IMG/VR virus record: IMGVR_UViG_3300045988_147522
Source: a virus
DNA: 64,000 nt
Strand: one strand, 5' to 3'
In this document: positions 63,957 through 64,000 of the stretch, piece after piece
Layout of the letters: each line of letters starts with the position of its first letter
How positions within the stretch are numbered: position 1 is the first letter of the stretch
The notes under the pieces: model-generated
The model's database searches: none
What the model was told of the DNA's origin: nothing
The model's input: the letters and a program-made list of their open reading frames with translations, nothing else
Position numbers and translations under genes: made by a program

Positions 63957-64000
63957 GCATTTGCATTGTCGAAAGACTGCTTTACTTAAAGTAAAGTATT

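Noticed and set aside
1-64000. The window as an integrated prophage with host flanks, or presence of a diversity-generating retroelement or CRISPR array.
   Set aside because: No host-type housekeeping genes occur at either end. Both att arms are contiguous around one core. No reverse transcriptase motif and no regularly spaced repeat array were seen.

Overview
The window looks like an AT-rich temperate, siphovirus-like phage genome from a low-GC Gram-positive host. The host type is suggested by a GH25 endolysin and a phi-LC3-type holin. The phage seems to be in its non-integrated form. An attP lies beside an excisionase-type HTH and a tyrosine integrase; it carries the 3' two-thirds of a tRNA-Arg(UCU) look-alike, flanked on both sides by ACTGTTGTCAA arm repeats. 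No host genes are visible.

Layout:
- 1-7.5 kb, + strand: early and nucleotide-metabolism genes (HNH, ThyX-like, N6-adenine MTase, phosphatase, dUTPase, P-loop ATPase, small Zn-ribbon paralogs).
- 7.5-10.7 kb: attP, integrase and a cargo operon.
- 11.3-47.4 kb, minus strand: lysis, tail, head and packaging genes.
- 47.4-56.3 kb, minus strand: HU, two further tyrosine recombinases, a metallophosphoesterase, a 926-aa protein, and a P-loop NTPase.
- 56.3-64 kb: a divergent promoter region, then + strand early genes interspersed with ORF-free segments.

Main observations:
1. A group I intron core lies between two tape-measure ORFs, which look like exons of one giant TMP.
2. The 926-aa protein carries cellular-RdRP/YonO-type two-barrel polymerase motifs.
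3. A four-gene accessory island with its own promoter and terminators is wedged between TMP and Dit.
4. An in-frame TAA with no canonical start sits at the chaperone G/T position.
5. There are GC-rich or repeated ORF-free segments and a TGCAAG/CTTGCA motif family at promoters.

All calls rest on motif reading by eye and gene order. No database search or RNA folding was run, so most functional names are provisional.
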